Positions 20,295 to 30,700 of a stretch of 64,000 nt of DNA are shown here, piece after piece. Source of the stretch: a virus; IMG/VR virus record IMGVR_UViG_3300017963_000257, positions 9,681-73,680 of that record; one strand, 5' to 3'. The notes beneath the pieces are model-generated. The model made no database searches. It was not told the DNA's origin and saw nothing but the letters and a program-made list of their open reading frames with translations. How positions within the stretch are numbered: position 1 is the first letter of the stretch; each line of letters begins with the position of its first letter. The position numbers were made by a program, and so were the translations under genes.

Positions 20295-20509
20295 AATTGA
20301 ATCATTTCATTTGTCCATCGTGTGGACACGATTTTTATGCAGAGGGGAGTTGCTCAAAATGTGATGCGTGCCAACGAGTATTTTATTTGTCCGAATCTGT
20401 AGCAAGCCGGAAAATAAACTTATCCATAGAGCGCGGATGTCAAGTTGACCCATGCTTACTGATCGATCCAGACTTCTTTAGGGAAGGGACAACGGGGGGA
20501 ACACCTTGA
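20291..20509 (+). CDS. Zinc-ribbon hypothetical protein
   Basis: CPSC...CDAC; coupled to neighbours. Confidence 0.45.
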   Translation: MKLNHFICPSCGHDFYAEGSCSKCDACQRVFYLSESVASRKINLSIERGCQVDPCLLIDPDFFREGTTGGTP

Positions 20510-21219
20510 TCTACGATGCCCAAATAGAAACCCGGCCGGACGGTGACATGAGGGTACTCAAGTACCTTGAGGGTAACGGGTATTACAACTGCATTGACTT
20601 TGGAGGCGTCCAGAGGCCTTGGGCGGCCAGGCACGTGACAACCTATGTTGACCTGACAAAGCCAGAGGACTGGGAAAAACGGTTTCCGGATATGTACGAT
20701 AACTATCCTGAGATATGGAAATCGAAGGTCGTCAATGCAGACATTGACCGTAGCGATACCTGGAGCCAGCTTGGAGAATACGATTTTGCCATCAGCACCC
20801 ACACACTGGAACATCTTGCGAATCCCAGTGAGTTCCTACGGAGACTGCCGAGGGTGGCCAGCCGGGGATACATCGCCATCCCCAATAAGGTGTTTGAACT
20901 TGGCCGTGGACGCGAGATGACGGAGGAAGGCCTTACCCGTTGTGGGCTGATCGGGTTTTACAGGGGGGCCATGCCCCACAGGTGGATCTTTACGATCAAA
21001 GAAAATGTCCTATGGATATTCCCGAAGCTCGGATCCCTTGATCTGGTTGAGTTTCCATTCGAGGATGAGCTGCGGCACTACAAGCCGATAAAAGACGGGC
21101 AGCTGGGATTTATGTGGGAGAAGGATATCCCGTTCAGGTATGTGACGGACAAAGACATTGTTCCGAATCCCCAACGTGCAATCGAATTCTACAAGGAGCA
21201 TTTAAATGAGGGTTTATAA
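20506..21219 (+). CDS. Methyltransferase-fold protein
   Basis: IDFGG, YDFAISTHTLEHLANP, RGYIAIP. Confidence 0.7.
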   Translation: MIYDAQIETRPDGDMRVLKYLEGNGYYNCIDFGGVQRPWAARHVTTYVDLTKPEDWEKRFPDMYDNYPEIWKSKVVNADIDRSDTWSQLGEYDFAISTHTLEHLANPSEFLRRLPRVASRGYIAIPNKVFELGRGREMTEEGLTRCGLIGFYRGAMPHRWIFTIKENVLWIFPKLGSLDLVEFPFEDELRHYKPIKDGQLGFMWEKDIPFRYVTDKDIVPNPQRAIEFYKEHLNEGL

Positions 21220-21988
21220 CATCGTATTGACGTCCCAACCGAATGTTGGCGACAAGATGGCCAGCCCACTTGATTATTTCAAGTTCCCAGTGCCTGCTGA
21301 AAAAATCGATACGTCCAGTGGCATGAGCTTCTTGAATGATCAGTTCATCATATACGGAGGCGGGGGCCTCATTCACCTTCCAGCGGCAGATTACAACGGA
21401 GGGGTGATGGAATACCTTGAGGACATTTGCACACTATCGCGCTGGATGGTGTCGTGGGGAGTTGGTCATAATATTCACCACATCCGGGAGATAGAGTACC
21501 CGAAATCATTTGTAACGAAGTTCGCACTTCATGGCGTGAGGGATATGTATCAGGCCCTGCCCTGGGTTCCCTGTGCCAGTTGCATGAGCCATTTATTTGA
21601 TTGGGAGTATCCCATAACCAGGAAAATCATGGCTGCAGGCCACCATCTTGATTCCTATGAAAGCCTGGATGGCTTGCCAAAAATGGAGCATACCCAAGTA
21701 ACGCCAGCCGAGGCCGTGAAGGAACTTGCGTCGGCAGAAACAGTCATAACCAACTCGTATCATGGCGCCTACTGGGCGGCCCTGCTTGGCAGAAAGGTGA
21801 TTGTTTTCGATCCGATGTCGTCAAAGTTTTTTGCCATGCCATCCAGTATCGTCATTGCGTCACCGACTACGTGGATGACGAAGATTCCCCACGAAAACAA
21901 GATTTTGCTTGATCTATGCAGGAGAGTAAACACTGAATATTACAACAAGGTTTTAGGCTTTTTAGAGGAGGTAAAAAATGAAAGATAA
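21206..21988 (+). CDS. Polysaccharide pyruvyl transferase-like protein
   Basis: NVGD, IYGGGGL, WGVG, GVRD, VITNSYHG...AALLG. Confidence 0.75.
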   Translation: MRVYNIVLTSQPNVGDKMASPLDYFKFPVPAEKIDTSSGMSFLNDQFIIYGGGGLIHLPAADYNGGVMEYLEDICTLSRWMVSWGVGHNIHHIREIEYPKSFVTKFALHGVRDMYQALPWVPCASCMSHLFDWEYPITRKIMAAGHHLDSYESLDGLPKMEHTQVTPAEAVKELASAETVITNSYHGAYWAALLGRKVIVFDPMSSKFFAMPSSIVIASPTTWMTKIPHENKILLDLCRRVNTEYYNKVLGFLEEVKNER

Positions 21989-22736
21989 ACTGATACTTGG
22001 ATGCGGGATTGGAAGATGCGGGACTAGCTTTTTGTCCTACTTCATGTTTCTGAATCCACGTATTGCCGTATGGGACGGCCCCGGTATGGGGGAATTGTTC
22101 GAACGGATAAACAGGTCTCAGGGGAAGCTACTCCTTTCGGACCTTCATTCCGTGTGGGGCGATGAATATCAAGAGTCCACTCATGGCAACACATGGTACG
22201 GTGCCAGCCAGTTCGAAGCGTACTACAATAAACGGATCAAGGAGCGACGGGACGGGGATACATATTTCATATCCCACGTCATGGGGGAAAGATGGTATTC
22301 GGTTTATAGGGACAGCTTCGACTGCGACCTCTTCGTGATCTATTGCGGCCGGGATATGGTCGAGCATTACCGGTCTTTCAAGAAATGGTACTACGTTGAG
22401 GGATGGAATGCGGAGGCCTACCTGGATCGAATCAGGGGATCCCTGATTGAAATGGACAAAATCCTCAGTGCCGGCATCCCCGTAACGGCCATTAATGTGG
22501 CCGACTACACGTTGCCGGATCTAAGGAAGAGAATGGGCAACGTCATGAAAAAGGTCGGCCTGTCTCTCAGTGCGGAGCAGACAAACTTCATGAGGTACAG
22601 AAGGAAGCTTGGTCCCTCGAAACCTGATGTCAATCACCAGGCCGACGATGAGCTTTTTTCCGAGTTGAAAAAGGTTAAGGACTTTGAGGTATTGAAGGCA
22701 AAATACGATGCTCTGAGGACCAAATATGAAGCCTGA
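21978..22736 (+). CDS. Sulfotransferase-like (P-loop) protein
   Basis: GIGRCGTSFL 5'-PSB-like motif; RD...S 3'-PB-like motif. Confidence 0.6.
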   Translation: MKDKLILGCGIGRCGTSFLSYFMFLNPRIAVWDGPGMGELFERINRSQGKLLLSDLHSVWGDEYQESTHGNTWYGASQFEAYYNKRIKERRDGDTYFISHVMGERWYSVYRDSFDCDLFVIYCGRDMVEHYRSFKKWYYVEGWNAEAYLDRIRGSLIEMDKILSAGIPVTAINVADYTLPDLRKRMGNVMKKVGLSLSAEQTNFMRYRRKLGPSKPDVNHQADDELFSELKKVKDFEVLKAKYDALRTKYEA

Positions 22737-23901
22737 CATTACATTGATCTTTCCGTCGAGCCCGTTTCTCTTGAATCAGGCGGTGTTCCCTCCGCTGGGA
22801 ATACTGTACCTGTCGGCCTATCTCAAGGCGCACGGCCTGTCCGTCCAGTGTCTTGATATGGGCCTTGGACATACACCAGACATGGCCGAGTCTGAAACAA
22901 TAGGAATTTCGCTGACAACCCCGCAGAGATTCGAGGCGTTTAGGTTGGCGAAGCATTTCAAGAGTCAAGGGAAGAGAACTATTGCTGGTGGCCCTCACGC
23001 AACCCATATGGCATGGGAGTGTCATGAGAATGGGTTTGATTACGTCATTCCGGGCTACGCTGAAAGGCTGCTGACGGAGTTTCTTTCGGTTGATAGCACA
23101 CCGATCGATGTTTACCCTGACCGCTATGCGCTGCCCATAGGCGATTACCGCTACGAGATTGACGGTAAACCGGCTACACCGATCATGACGTCACGCGGAT
23201 GTCCCTACCATTGCAGTTATTGCGGGAAGATTAATAGCGAATTTTACCTTCAGAGCGCCGAAAGAACCGTTGCTGAGATCAACCAGATCTATGACAAATT
23301 CGGGTTTGAGGCCTTCATGATTTATGACGACGTGTTCATTGCCAGCAAAAAGCGGTTGGCCAAGATGGTCAACATGATCGGGGATAGAAGATACACGTTC
23401 CGGTCGTTTGCCAGGAGCAACCTTCTGGATGACAAGACGTGTTCGATGCTCAAAAAGCTGGGGATGGTAGAGGTCGGCATTGGGATTGAGAGTGGATCCG
23501 ACGAGGTGCTGCAGCTTAACATGAAGGGAACGACGCGCAAGATGAATACGAGGGCCGTGGAGAGGCTCCACAGGCACGGAATCAGGGCCAAAGCCTTTCT
23601 GATTGTGGGTCTCCCAGGGGAAACCACGGAAACGATCACCGAAACCGCGGACTGGATCGAAGAGGCTCAACCCGATGATATTGACATTTCAGTATTTCAG
23701 CCGATGCCGGGCTCACGGATATTCGCAGAACCCGAGAAGTGGGGGATCCATTTTACGTACAATGGAAAACCAGGATGGTACAAGGGGACCCCCGGGATGT
23801 ACGAAGCGAATGTGTATGTAGGCGATCTGACCGGAGAAGAGATTGTCCAGTGGAGGGACCTGCTGGAAAAAGAATTCAAGAAACCGGAGTTATTGAGATG
23901 A
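22726..23901 (+). CDS. B12-binding radical SAM enzyme (class B methylase-like)
   Basis: PPLGILYLSAYL, GGPHAT, TSRGCPYHCSYC, GIESGS, GLPGET. Confidence 0.9.
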   Translation: MKPDITLIFPSSPFLLNQAVFPPLGILYLSAYLKAHGLSVQCLDMGLGHTPDMAESETIGISLTTPQRFEAFRLAKHFKSQGKRTIAGGPHATHMAWECHENGFDYVIPGYAERLLTEFLSVDSTPIDVYPDRYALPIGDYRYEIDGKPATPIMTSRGCPYHCSYCGKINSEFYLQSAERTVAEINQIYDKFGFEAFMIYDDVFIASKKRLAKMVNMIGDRRYTFRSFARSNLLDDKTCSMLKKLGMVEVGIGIESGSDEVLQLNMKGTTRKMNTRAVERLHRHGIRAKAFLIVGLPGETTETITETADWIEEAQPDDIDISVFQPMPGSRIFAEPEKWGIHFTYNGKPGWYKGTPGMYEANVYVGDLTGEEIVQWRDLLEKEFKKPELLR

Positions 23902-24113
23902 TAAGGTGGTTTTGTAATCATTGTGGTCATGAAAATATCGAAAAGGGTGAAAGCCCTGCCAAAGATGCCGAGTGCAAGAATTGCCATCAACCGATAGGCG
24001 ACGTAATGCGCGTGTTTTGGTGGTACAGGCCGAACGAACCTGATCCAAGGTTTACGACGGGTAACGTAAGTTATTTTCAGGAACGACAAAATGCTGACCC
24101 TTTTTGTTGTTAA
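23898..24113 (+). CDS. Zinc-ribbon hypothetical protein
   Basis: CNHC...CKNC. Confidence 0.45.
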   Translation: MIRWFCNHCGHENIEKGESPAKDAECKNCHQPIGDVMRVFWWYRPNEPDPRFTTGNVSYFQERQNADPFCC

Positions 24114-24483
24114 AAGTTGCGCTGACGAGAAAGATCCAGGTCCGACAGTGAGTTCATTCGATGGTCTGGTGAATGAAATCTATTTCGTTCCCAACATCCA
24201 GGCAATCAATGAACATACCGTGAAGAACGAATGGTACGCCGTGATTCATGACGATGAGCATATTGACGAACCGCTCATGGAAGGCCTCAAGGTCTTTATC
24301 AAAGAGAGCCCGGCCGATGCCTTGGTACTGCTGAAGAAGGACGGCGACGGTAAATATTCCAGGTGTCCGAGGTTGTTCAGGCGAAACGTAATAATCAGGA
24401 AGGATACCCTGTTGCCGGATCAGGTAGGAGTAACTTTCGATACCGTATTGAATGGGTTTGTCCATGATAACAGTCACGTTTGA
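24091..24483 (+). CDS. Degenerate GT2-like protein
   Basis: EWYAVIHDDE, PRLFRR. Confidence 0.45.
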   Translation: MLTLFVVKSCADEKDPGPTVSSFDGLVNEIYFVPNIQAINEHTVKNEWYAVIHDDEHIDEPLMEGLKVFIKESPADALVLLKKDGDGKYSRCPRLFRRNVIIRKDTLLPDQVGVTFDTVLNGFVHDNSHV

Positions 24484-24982
24484 CCAGAAAGATTTATCCA
24501 GGTGGCTGTCTGCTTTGATGAAAGTCGAAGCGTCTGCAAGGACCTTTGGCTTGGATGAAATGCAGAGACGGTGTGCCATAGACTATTACCAACTCGTGGT
24601 GAAGAATATTTTTAAGAGGCACTTCCCGAGGCCGGCATATAGCAAGCGCTATCGGAGCTGGAAGTATGAGTATGGCTGGATGGGATACCCGTCCCCCTGG
24701 AGATTGAGGGGTGATTTGGTGAACAGCCTGAGGGCATTCAAGAACCCAAGGGGCGGTTGGATTGGCGGTGTACCATTTGGAGCAACTGACTCAGGCGGAA
24801 AATCGTGGTTCGGGAAAGGACGCAAGGGCCCGGTAGCAGGTAGCAAGAAAATTGCAATGTACGGATCCGTTGAAGAGGCCAGGCGACCGATCTTTAAGCC
24901 TTCCGCCGAAGAATACGCTGGCGCTGGATGGAAAAAGAGAGGGCTGGAAGCGGTTGCCGAAATGAGAAAGGCTTGGAGGTGA
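24464..24982 (+). CDS. Tail completion/neck protein (basic, HK97 gp10-like position)
   Basis: Highly basic; RRPIFKPS motif; precedes terminator/tail tube genes. Confidence 0.55.
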   Translation: MITVTFDQKDLSRWLSALMKVEASARTFGLDEMQRRCAIDYYQLVVKNIFKRHFPRPAYSKRYRSWKYEYGWMGYPSPWRLRGDLVNSLRAFKNPRGGWIGGVPFGATDSGGKSWFGKGRKGPVAGSKKIAMYGSVEEARRPIFKPSAEEYAGAGWKKRGLEAVAEMRKAWR

Positions 24983-24983
24983 T

Positions 24984-25199
24984 ATGCAGGTACTTGAAAT
25001 AGCCCCGAAGGACATCCACGTTACAATTGATCTGTCCGCTACTGAGGTAAGGGCATTGGAGATGGCCATAGGTAATGCCAAGATTGATTATGACGGGAAA
25101 GAGCACCCCGAAATGGTGGGGGCTGTTAAGGTCATAAAGGATTTTTTCAGCCTACTGAAAGAGGTGTCGGATGGATTACCTAAGCATCCAACAGCGTAA
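24984..25199 (+). CDS. Hypothetical protein
   Basis: SD GGAGGTG. Confidence 0.5.
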   Translation: MQVLEIAPKDIHVTIDLSATEVRALEMAIGNAKIDYDGKEHPEMVGAVKVIKDFFSLLKEVSDGLPKHPTA

Positions 25200-25365
25200 G
25201 GCTGCCCTGGACGATCTTATCTATCGGGAGGTCCGGCGTTTTGAAAAGGATACCGGTGAAGTCGTGTCAGAAGTTCGTGTGACCCATTTAGACAACAGGT
25301 GTACCAGCGTTTCTGTCCACACGCAATTATGGTCATTAGGAGAACAATATCGTGACAGATCTTGA
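25171..25365 (+). CDS. Hypothetical protein
   Basis: SD GAGGTG. Confidence 0.4.
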   Translation: MDYLSIQQRKAALDDLIYREVRRFEKDTGEVVSEVRVTHLDNRCTSVSVHTQLWSLGEQYRDRS

Positions 25366-25831
25366 TGCTACTGCAAAAAAGGCGAACGTTAAGGATAGTT
25401 TGAAAAAGTATTTTGTTGATAACCTTGAGACAACAGAAGGCCTGAACCTTACGTTCGATAAGTACCTCTCAACCCCGAAGGTGCAGGGGCATGAGGTTGA
25501 TAGATGGGTGGGCTTGAGGTTTGGCAGCACAGAAATGAGTGTCATGGGGCATCAAATGCTCGATATTTATAACTGTACCAGGTCGGACGCGGAGGGATTC
25601 AAGCTGGCTCAGCAACGTGACAAGATCTTTAAATATTTGACAGACAGTTCTCAGACAGACGGAATGGCCAGGATACCTTTTTACAGAAGCCGGGCGGATG
25701 GAAACTGGACGCTTTTGGCTGGAGGATTTGTTGTCCAGAAGCCTGTTATTGAATCTGACGAGATCGACGCGGACGATGGGACCAAATTTCAAATTTTGAC
25801 AGTAACCCTAAGATTTTCAAGCAAGGTGTAA
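25352..25831 (+). CDS. Putative tail terminator
   Basis: Size, position and alpha/beta pattern ending in ILTVTLRF. Confidence 0.5.
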   Translation: MTDLDATAKKANVKDSLKKYFVDNLETTEGLNLTFDKYLSTPKVQGHEVDRWVGLRFGSTEMSVMGHQMLDIYNCTRSDAEGFKLAQQRDKIFKYLTDSSQTDGMARIPFYRSRADGNWTLLAGGFVVQKPVIESDEIDADDGTKFQILTVTLRFSSKV

Positions 25832-25834
25832 AAA

Positions 25835-26206
25835 ATGGGAGATGAAGAACAAAACTATTCAGTGATTGTTGTGAATTGCCAAAAGTGTGGACTCCCGCTT
25901 ATCCAGCGGTTGCCGAACGGCTTGTGGAAATTCAAGTGGGGCATTGCCAAGCAGTTCAATTCGGACACGGGTAAGGTATCCGTAGATCCAGAGGCATGGG
26001 CCCCAATTGAGATGCTTATCAAGGGCAGTATCAGGATGAAGTGTTTTAGAAAAAAGTGTGCCCACTGGAACGATCTGTTTTTTATGCCAAACCCGAAAGA
26101 CGGGATCACCGAGGGCATCGCAAAAGATGCGACTGCGATAAGTGTTTTGTCGGACAAAATTGCTAAGATAGCAAAGCAAATCGTCGATCAATCAGCGTTA
26201 CGCTGA
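25835..26206 (+). CDS. Com-like zinc-ribbon regulator
   Basis: CQKCGLPL...IRMKCFRKKCAHWN resembles Mu Com-type zinc ribbons. Confidence 0.5.
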   Translation: MGDEEQNYSVIVVNCQKCGLPLIQRLPNGLWKFKWGIAKQFNSDTGKVSVDPEAWAPIEMLIKGSIRMKCFRKKCAHWNDLFFMPNPKDGITEGIAKDATAISVLSDKIAKIAKQIVDQSALR

Positions 26207-26209
26207 CCC

Positions 26210-26261
26210 TTTCAATCGGTCTATCCGAAAAATAGCCTTTCAATCGGTCTATCCGAAAAAA
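26210..26261 (+). repeat. Direct repeat TTTCAATCGGTCTATCCGAAAAA x2 upstream of major tail gene
   Basis: Copies at 26210-26232 and 26239-26261. Confidence 0.85.
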
Positions 26262-26324
26262 CTCCGACAATATTTTTTCGAAGAAATCGTGTGTGGATTT
26301 TAATCCACAGAAAGGAGGTGCCAC

Positions 26325-26909
26325 ATGGCACGTTATGGACCGATTGCAACTGATACCAGCACTGTAGCCCTTGGCCTTGCCCAGGTCCGTGTTGGTAGCT
26401 CATCTGATTACATCACTTCTCCCGGGGCGGCCCTCAGCTCTACGGATTCCATTGGTTCCCTTGCGAATACCAAATTCACGGGGAATACCGACTGGTACAA
26501 GCTGGAGGGTGGATTCCCTCTGATCGAGGAATTTACGACCCCGATCCGAGAGGGCGCCATGCTTGAGTGCGCGTTCAGGGAAATCACACCTGAAAACCTG
26601 TCGATTGCCCACGGAATAGACGTGAGCAGCGGGTCGTATGAGGTGCATTCCGGTGAAGTGGTGCTCGGTGGAAGAACCGCGCCCGAGTATGTTCGGATGG
26701 AGGCGGTTTACACGTACCCCAATGGGAGCAACACCATGACCATCATCTTCCCGAGGGCTCAGGTATCCGCGAATGTGGAGATCGACCTGCAGGCTGAAGA
26801 TGCGGCCGCTGTTCCCATCACCTTTGAATCCAAAAACGCTTCGAGCGATGTGTCTGGCGGAGACGCCGTTTGGGACGATAAACCCCTCGGTCATATCATC
26901 TGGGCGTAA
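26325..26909 (+). CDS. Major tail (tube) protein
   Basis: SD AAGGAGGTG; ALGLAQVRVG, EITPENL, IIFPRAQV, VPITFE; precedes chaperone and tape measure. Confidence 0.8.
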   Translation: MARYGPIATDTSTVALGLAQVRVGSSSDYITSPGAALSSTDSIGSLANTKFTGNTDWYKLEGGFPLIEEFTTPIREGAMLECAFREITPENLSIAHGIDVSSGSYEVHSGEVVLGGRTAPEYVRMEAVYTYPNGSNTMTIIFPRAQVSANVEIDLQAEDAAAVPITFESKNASSDVSGGDAVWDDKPLGHIIWA

Positions 26910-26918
26910 AACCAATCT

Positions 26919-26940
26919 GCGGGGCCTTAACCGGCCCCGC
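26919..26940 (+). terminator. GC hairpin after tail tube gene
   Basis: GCGGGGCC-TTAACC-GGCCCCGC; A-run rather than U-run follows on +. Confidence 0.45.
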
Positions 26941-26954
26941 TAGAAAAAAGGAGA

Positions 26955-27455
26955 ATGAAAATGTCGGAGCAAGAAAGATTAAATCCACAGGTTGCGGAAA
27001 TCGATGTCGGTATCCGCAACCTACGGAAAGTCAAAGTGTACCCGTTGTCCATGGCAGACGAAATGAAAATGACAAAGATGATCAGCGATTCCATAAAGGA
27101 ACGGTTTGGTGGCGAAGTAGAAGCTGAAAATATCACAATGATTGAGATGGTTGACTTCATTCTCGATATGCTGAAGGAGAACTTGCCGAAAATCCTTACG
27201 CTATCAACAGATGAGGATGGCGATGACCTCATGGGCGAATTGTCCAACCTTCAGGCGGCTGAAATAGCAGAGAAAATTTATGAAACGAATTTTGAACAAG
27301 TAACAAAAAACTTCAAGAGCCTCTTCGGGAAAATCACGAGTCTATTTCTTTCGGGGAGGCCGTCACCGCCGTCTGTGAGCGATACGCCGGATACCGGCTC
27401 GACGACTTCTACAGAAAATCCTGGAGAGAAGGAGGCGCCACCCTCGGACAGCTGA
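26955..27455 (+). CDS. Tail assembly chaperone (gpG-like)
   Basis: Between tail tube and tape measure; slippery A AAA AAC at 27305-27311. Confidence 0.75.
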   Translation: MKMSEQERLNPQVAEIDVGIRNLRKVKVYPLSMADEMKMTKMISDSIKERFGGEVEAENITMIEMVDFILDMLKENLPKILTLSTDEDGDDLMGELSNLQAAEIAEKIYETNFEQVTKNFKSLFGKITSLFLSGRPSPPSVSDTPDTGSTTSTENPGEKEAPPSDS

Positions 27456-27751
27456 TTGCCATGTTTGAGCATTCGGAAAAGCGGCTTGGGGACATGATGA
27501 AATTTCAGGCGGCGATCCATGGTGCTGAGATTAACGATGATGAGCTTTTCGACGGGGGCAGGACTACCGAATCCGAAACGGTCAAGCCAAGGAAGGACAA
27601 GGGAAGTGGCATATTCAAGTTTGGCGATCCCGCAGATTATGAGCATCTGCCGATGGAGGAGCGCGAAAGGTTAACGCAGCAGATGATGGGCCAGCACAAA
27701 AGATGGGAAAAGTATAAAAAGCCCATGGGGAGAGGGGTAGGAAATGGCTGA
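27311..27751 (+). CDS. Tail assembly chaperone -1 frameshift extension (gpGT-like)
   Basis: The -1 frame is open from the slippery site through the listed 27461..27751 ORF. Confidence 0.65.
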   Translation, partial: LQEPLRENHESISFGEAVTAVCERYAGYRLDDFYRKSWREGGATLGQLIAMFEHSEKRLGDMMKFQAAIHGAEINDDELFDGGRTTESETVKPRKDKGSGIFKFGDPADYEHLPMEERERLTQQMMGQHKRWEKYKKPMGRGVGNG

Positions 27752-30700
27752 TGACAGTATGTTGACTCTTGGGACGTTGTTTAAGGGTAAAATTGATTCT
27801 ACCTTTATGACGGCAACTCGCCGGTTGAGCACTCTCATCACTGAGCTTAACAAATCTATGGCTGGCCTTACGAAAACGACGGGCATAACCACGTCTGCCA
27901 TGAAATCCCTCGGCAGCGAAACAACTTCCTACCAAAAAGTGATGGGCAATGCCGTTGAGGAACAGAGTAAATACCGTCAAGGGCTCGCCAGGATGACCGA
28001 GCTTTTCGGAAAACAGGGAACGGCTCTCAAATTAGCGAAGCAAGCCACTGACAAGGCGGAAAAGAGCATCCAATCCCATGCGGCTGCAATTCGCAATAAT
28101 AATGTCCTTGGCGAACGCGCCAATGTAATCGCCAACCTGTATGCCAAAAACGCGGACAGGGCTGCACTGGCCAACCTTCAAAGATTTGCTGCTGAAAATA
28201 AAGTTTCAAAGTCTGTCTCAAGCGTTTCAACTCAAACTGCCAATGCTACCATGGCAACCAAAAAAGCATCGACAGAGTACCAGGGTTTCAATAAGCAACT
28301 TTCAAGGATTCACGGTGGACTTGAACGAGTTAAGGCCGCCTTTAAAGTCACTGCAAGTTACGGCATTGCTGCAACAGCAATTTATAGCGTGATAAGTGCT
28401 TTTAAGACCGGTGCTCAAGCCATTGTTGATTACGATCAATCACTGAAAAACCTTCAAGCAATTACTGGTGCCACTGACGCTGAAGTTCTTGCCATGGGGA
28501 CCACCATAAAAAACGTAGCAAGGACAACTAAATTTTCAACATCAGAAGTTGCAGAGGGGATGGTTCTATTGGGCCAGGCAGGGTTTAACGCTGGCGAATC
28601 GATGAATGCCATGCAGGCAACCGCCGATCTCGCAACCGGAACCTTGTCTGATATGAAACTTACCACAGACCTTCTCACGACAACCATTAGGGCGTTCAGC
28701 CTTAATACGATTGAGTCCGGGCGTGTTGCCGATGTCATGGCCAATGCCATTAATAAATCCAAGCTCACCATTGACAAGTTAAGAATATCTTTTAACTACA
28801 TAGGCGCTACGGCTGCACAGGCTGGACTGGCACTTGAAGAAACGGCTGCGTCTATGATGGTATTAGCCAATAATGGCTTACGGGCAAGTACGATTGGTAC
28901 TGGAATGAGGCAGGTGTTGTCACGGCTATTAAGCCCAAATAAGAAACTTCGTGAAGCATATGAATCCCATGGTATTGCATTAGATCAAATAAATCCCAAA
29001 ACGGTTGGATATCAAACCGCCCTTAAAAACCTTGCCTCTATTCTCTTTAATACGGAGACAAAAAGCGTAAATATGACAAAAGCCTTTGAACTGTTCGGGC
29101 TTAGAGGCGCACAGGCCGCCGCCATTTTAGTAAAGGGGTTTATGTCAGGGGAATTCAACTCTGCCCTAAAAAATGTGTTTCAGGTTGGAACCGCCGCAAG
29201 CATGGCTGCTACACAGGCTGAAGGGTTAGGAGTTAAATTCAAGAACCTTGCAGATAGAGCCAAATTAGTCGCCGTTGAGTTTGGAGATGCAGGCGTAACT
29301 GGCATAATGAATACGTTTCTTGATGTACTCAAAGGTATCACTATTGGCTTGGAGACATTTGCGTCAAGCACGATAGGTGCTGTGATTGTAAAAGTTACAT
29401 TACTGACGAGTGCTTTTGCTGCCCTTTCTGGAGTGTTTAAAATCTTAAGAAGTGCGATAGTAAGCCTTACGGTTGTTCGCATGGCTGTGTCCAATTTCGA
29501 ACTTCTTACAACTGGTACGGCAGCGTTTACATCTGTTCTGACGGGGAAATTGATACCGGGAGTTGCTGGCCTTACCGGAGTAATTGGTAAATTGCGGGCG
29601 GCCCTTACTGTGCTGTGGGCTATGATAATGTCTCACCCAATTTTGGCATTAGTCGCAGGGGTTGCTACATTGCTTCTGGCCCTCAATGAGTGGATAGGCC
29701 AAAACGCAAAAATAGCCAAACAGCTGGAGGTTCAATCTGTAGAACTTGGAAAAGCGTCAGAGAGTATAGGCCTTTATGCAAAGTCCTTGGCTGCGTTAGA
29801 AAAAGGTTCAGACGCATATAACGCAACGCTTCAACGATTTATAAACGCTCATCCGGAAGCTACGAAAGAAATAATGCGAATGACGGGAGCTGTTGATCTT
29901 TCAACTCTATCCGTTGAGCAACTTACGCGAGCAATGAAGGCTCTCGCAACTTCAAGGGCTTGGGATTCTTTTAAAAAAGCAGGCGAAGCTGTAGAGCAAT
30001 TCAAAAAGTCGTTGGAGCGCGAAACATTTATGTGGTTTGCAAGGTGGCTTGTTGCGTCTGCCGAAACTGCATCTGAATTTGAAGCAAAACTAAGAGGCCT
30101 TAATGATGCCCAAATGCAACAGATCCAATCCCTAAAACAACTTGTAACTCTCGGGGCAATAACCTTAGAGGATGCGCTAAAAAGGATTGATACCCTTGGA
30201 TTGGAGGTGAATGCAGCAAAACAAGCTAAAGAAGCGTTTAAGCAATATTTTGAGCAGATGAAGCTGTCATCTAAGGACGCTGCAGATGCCGTAAAAATAT
30301 CATGGGAGGATCTTCCATCAAAGTTTAAGGAGCTTTACGATAAGCTTGATGCAGCAAGAAGATCGGATATGGTTAAGGCTATCGCAGGCATAAACAAGAA
30401 GATCGCAGCTCATAGAAAAATGTGTAAGGACATGGGGCTTGGGTATGCAGATACGGAAGCTCAAATAGCTGCAATACGTGAAAAGGGTTACCAGAAATTT
30501 GTAGAAGACTTGGACAAGAAAACAAAGGAGGAAAAAAAGGCAGCCAAAGAGCGTGTAAAGAATGAAAAGTGGGTATGGGACCAGATCCATGAATTGGATG
30601 AAAAAAAGGAGGAACTCGATAAGTCCAGGCGTCAAAGGTATATGAAGGATGACAAAAAGCTCAAAGACGATATTGTTGAAGCCGAGAAAGAGTTGAACGA

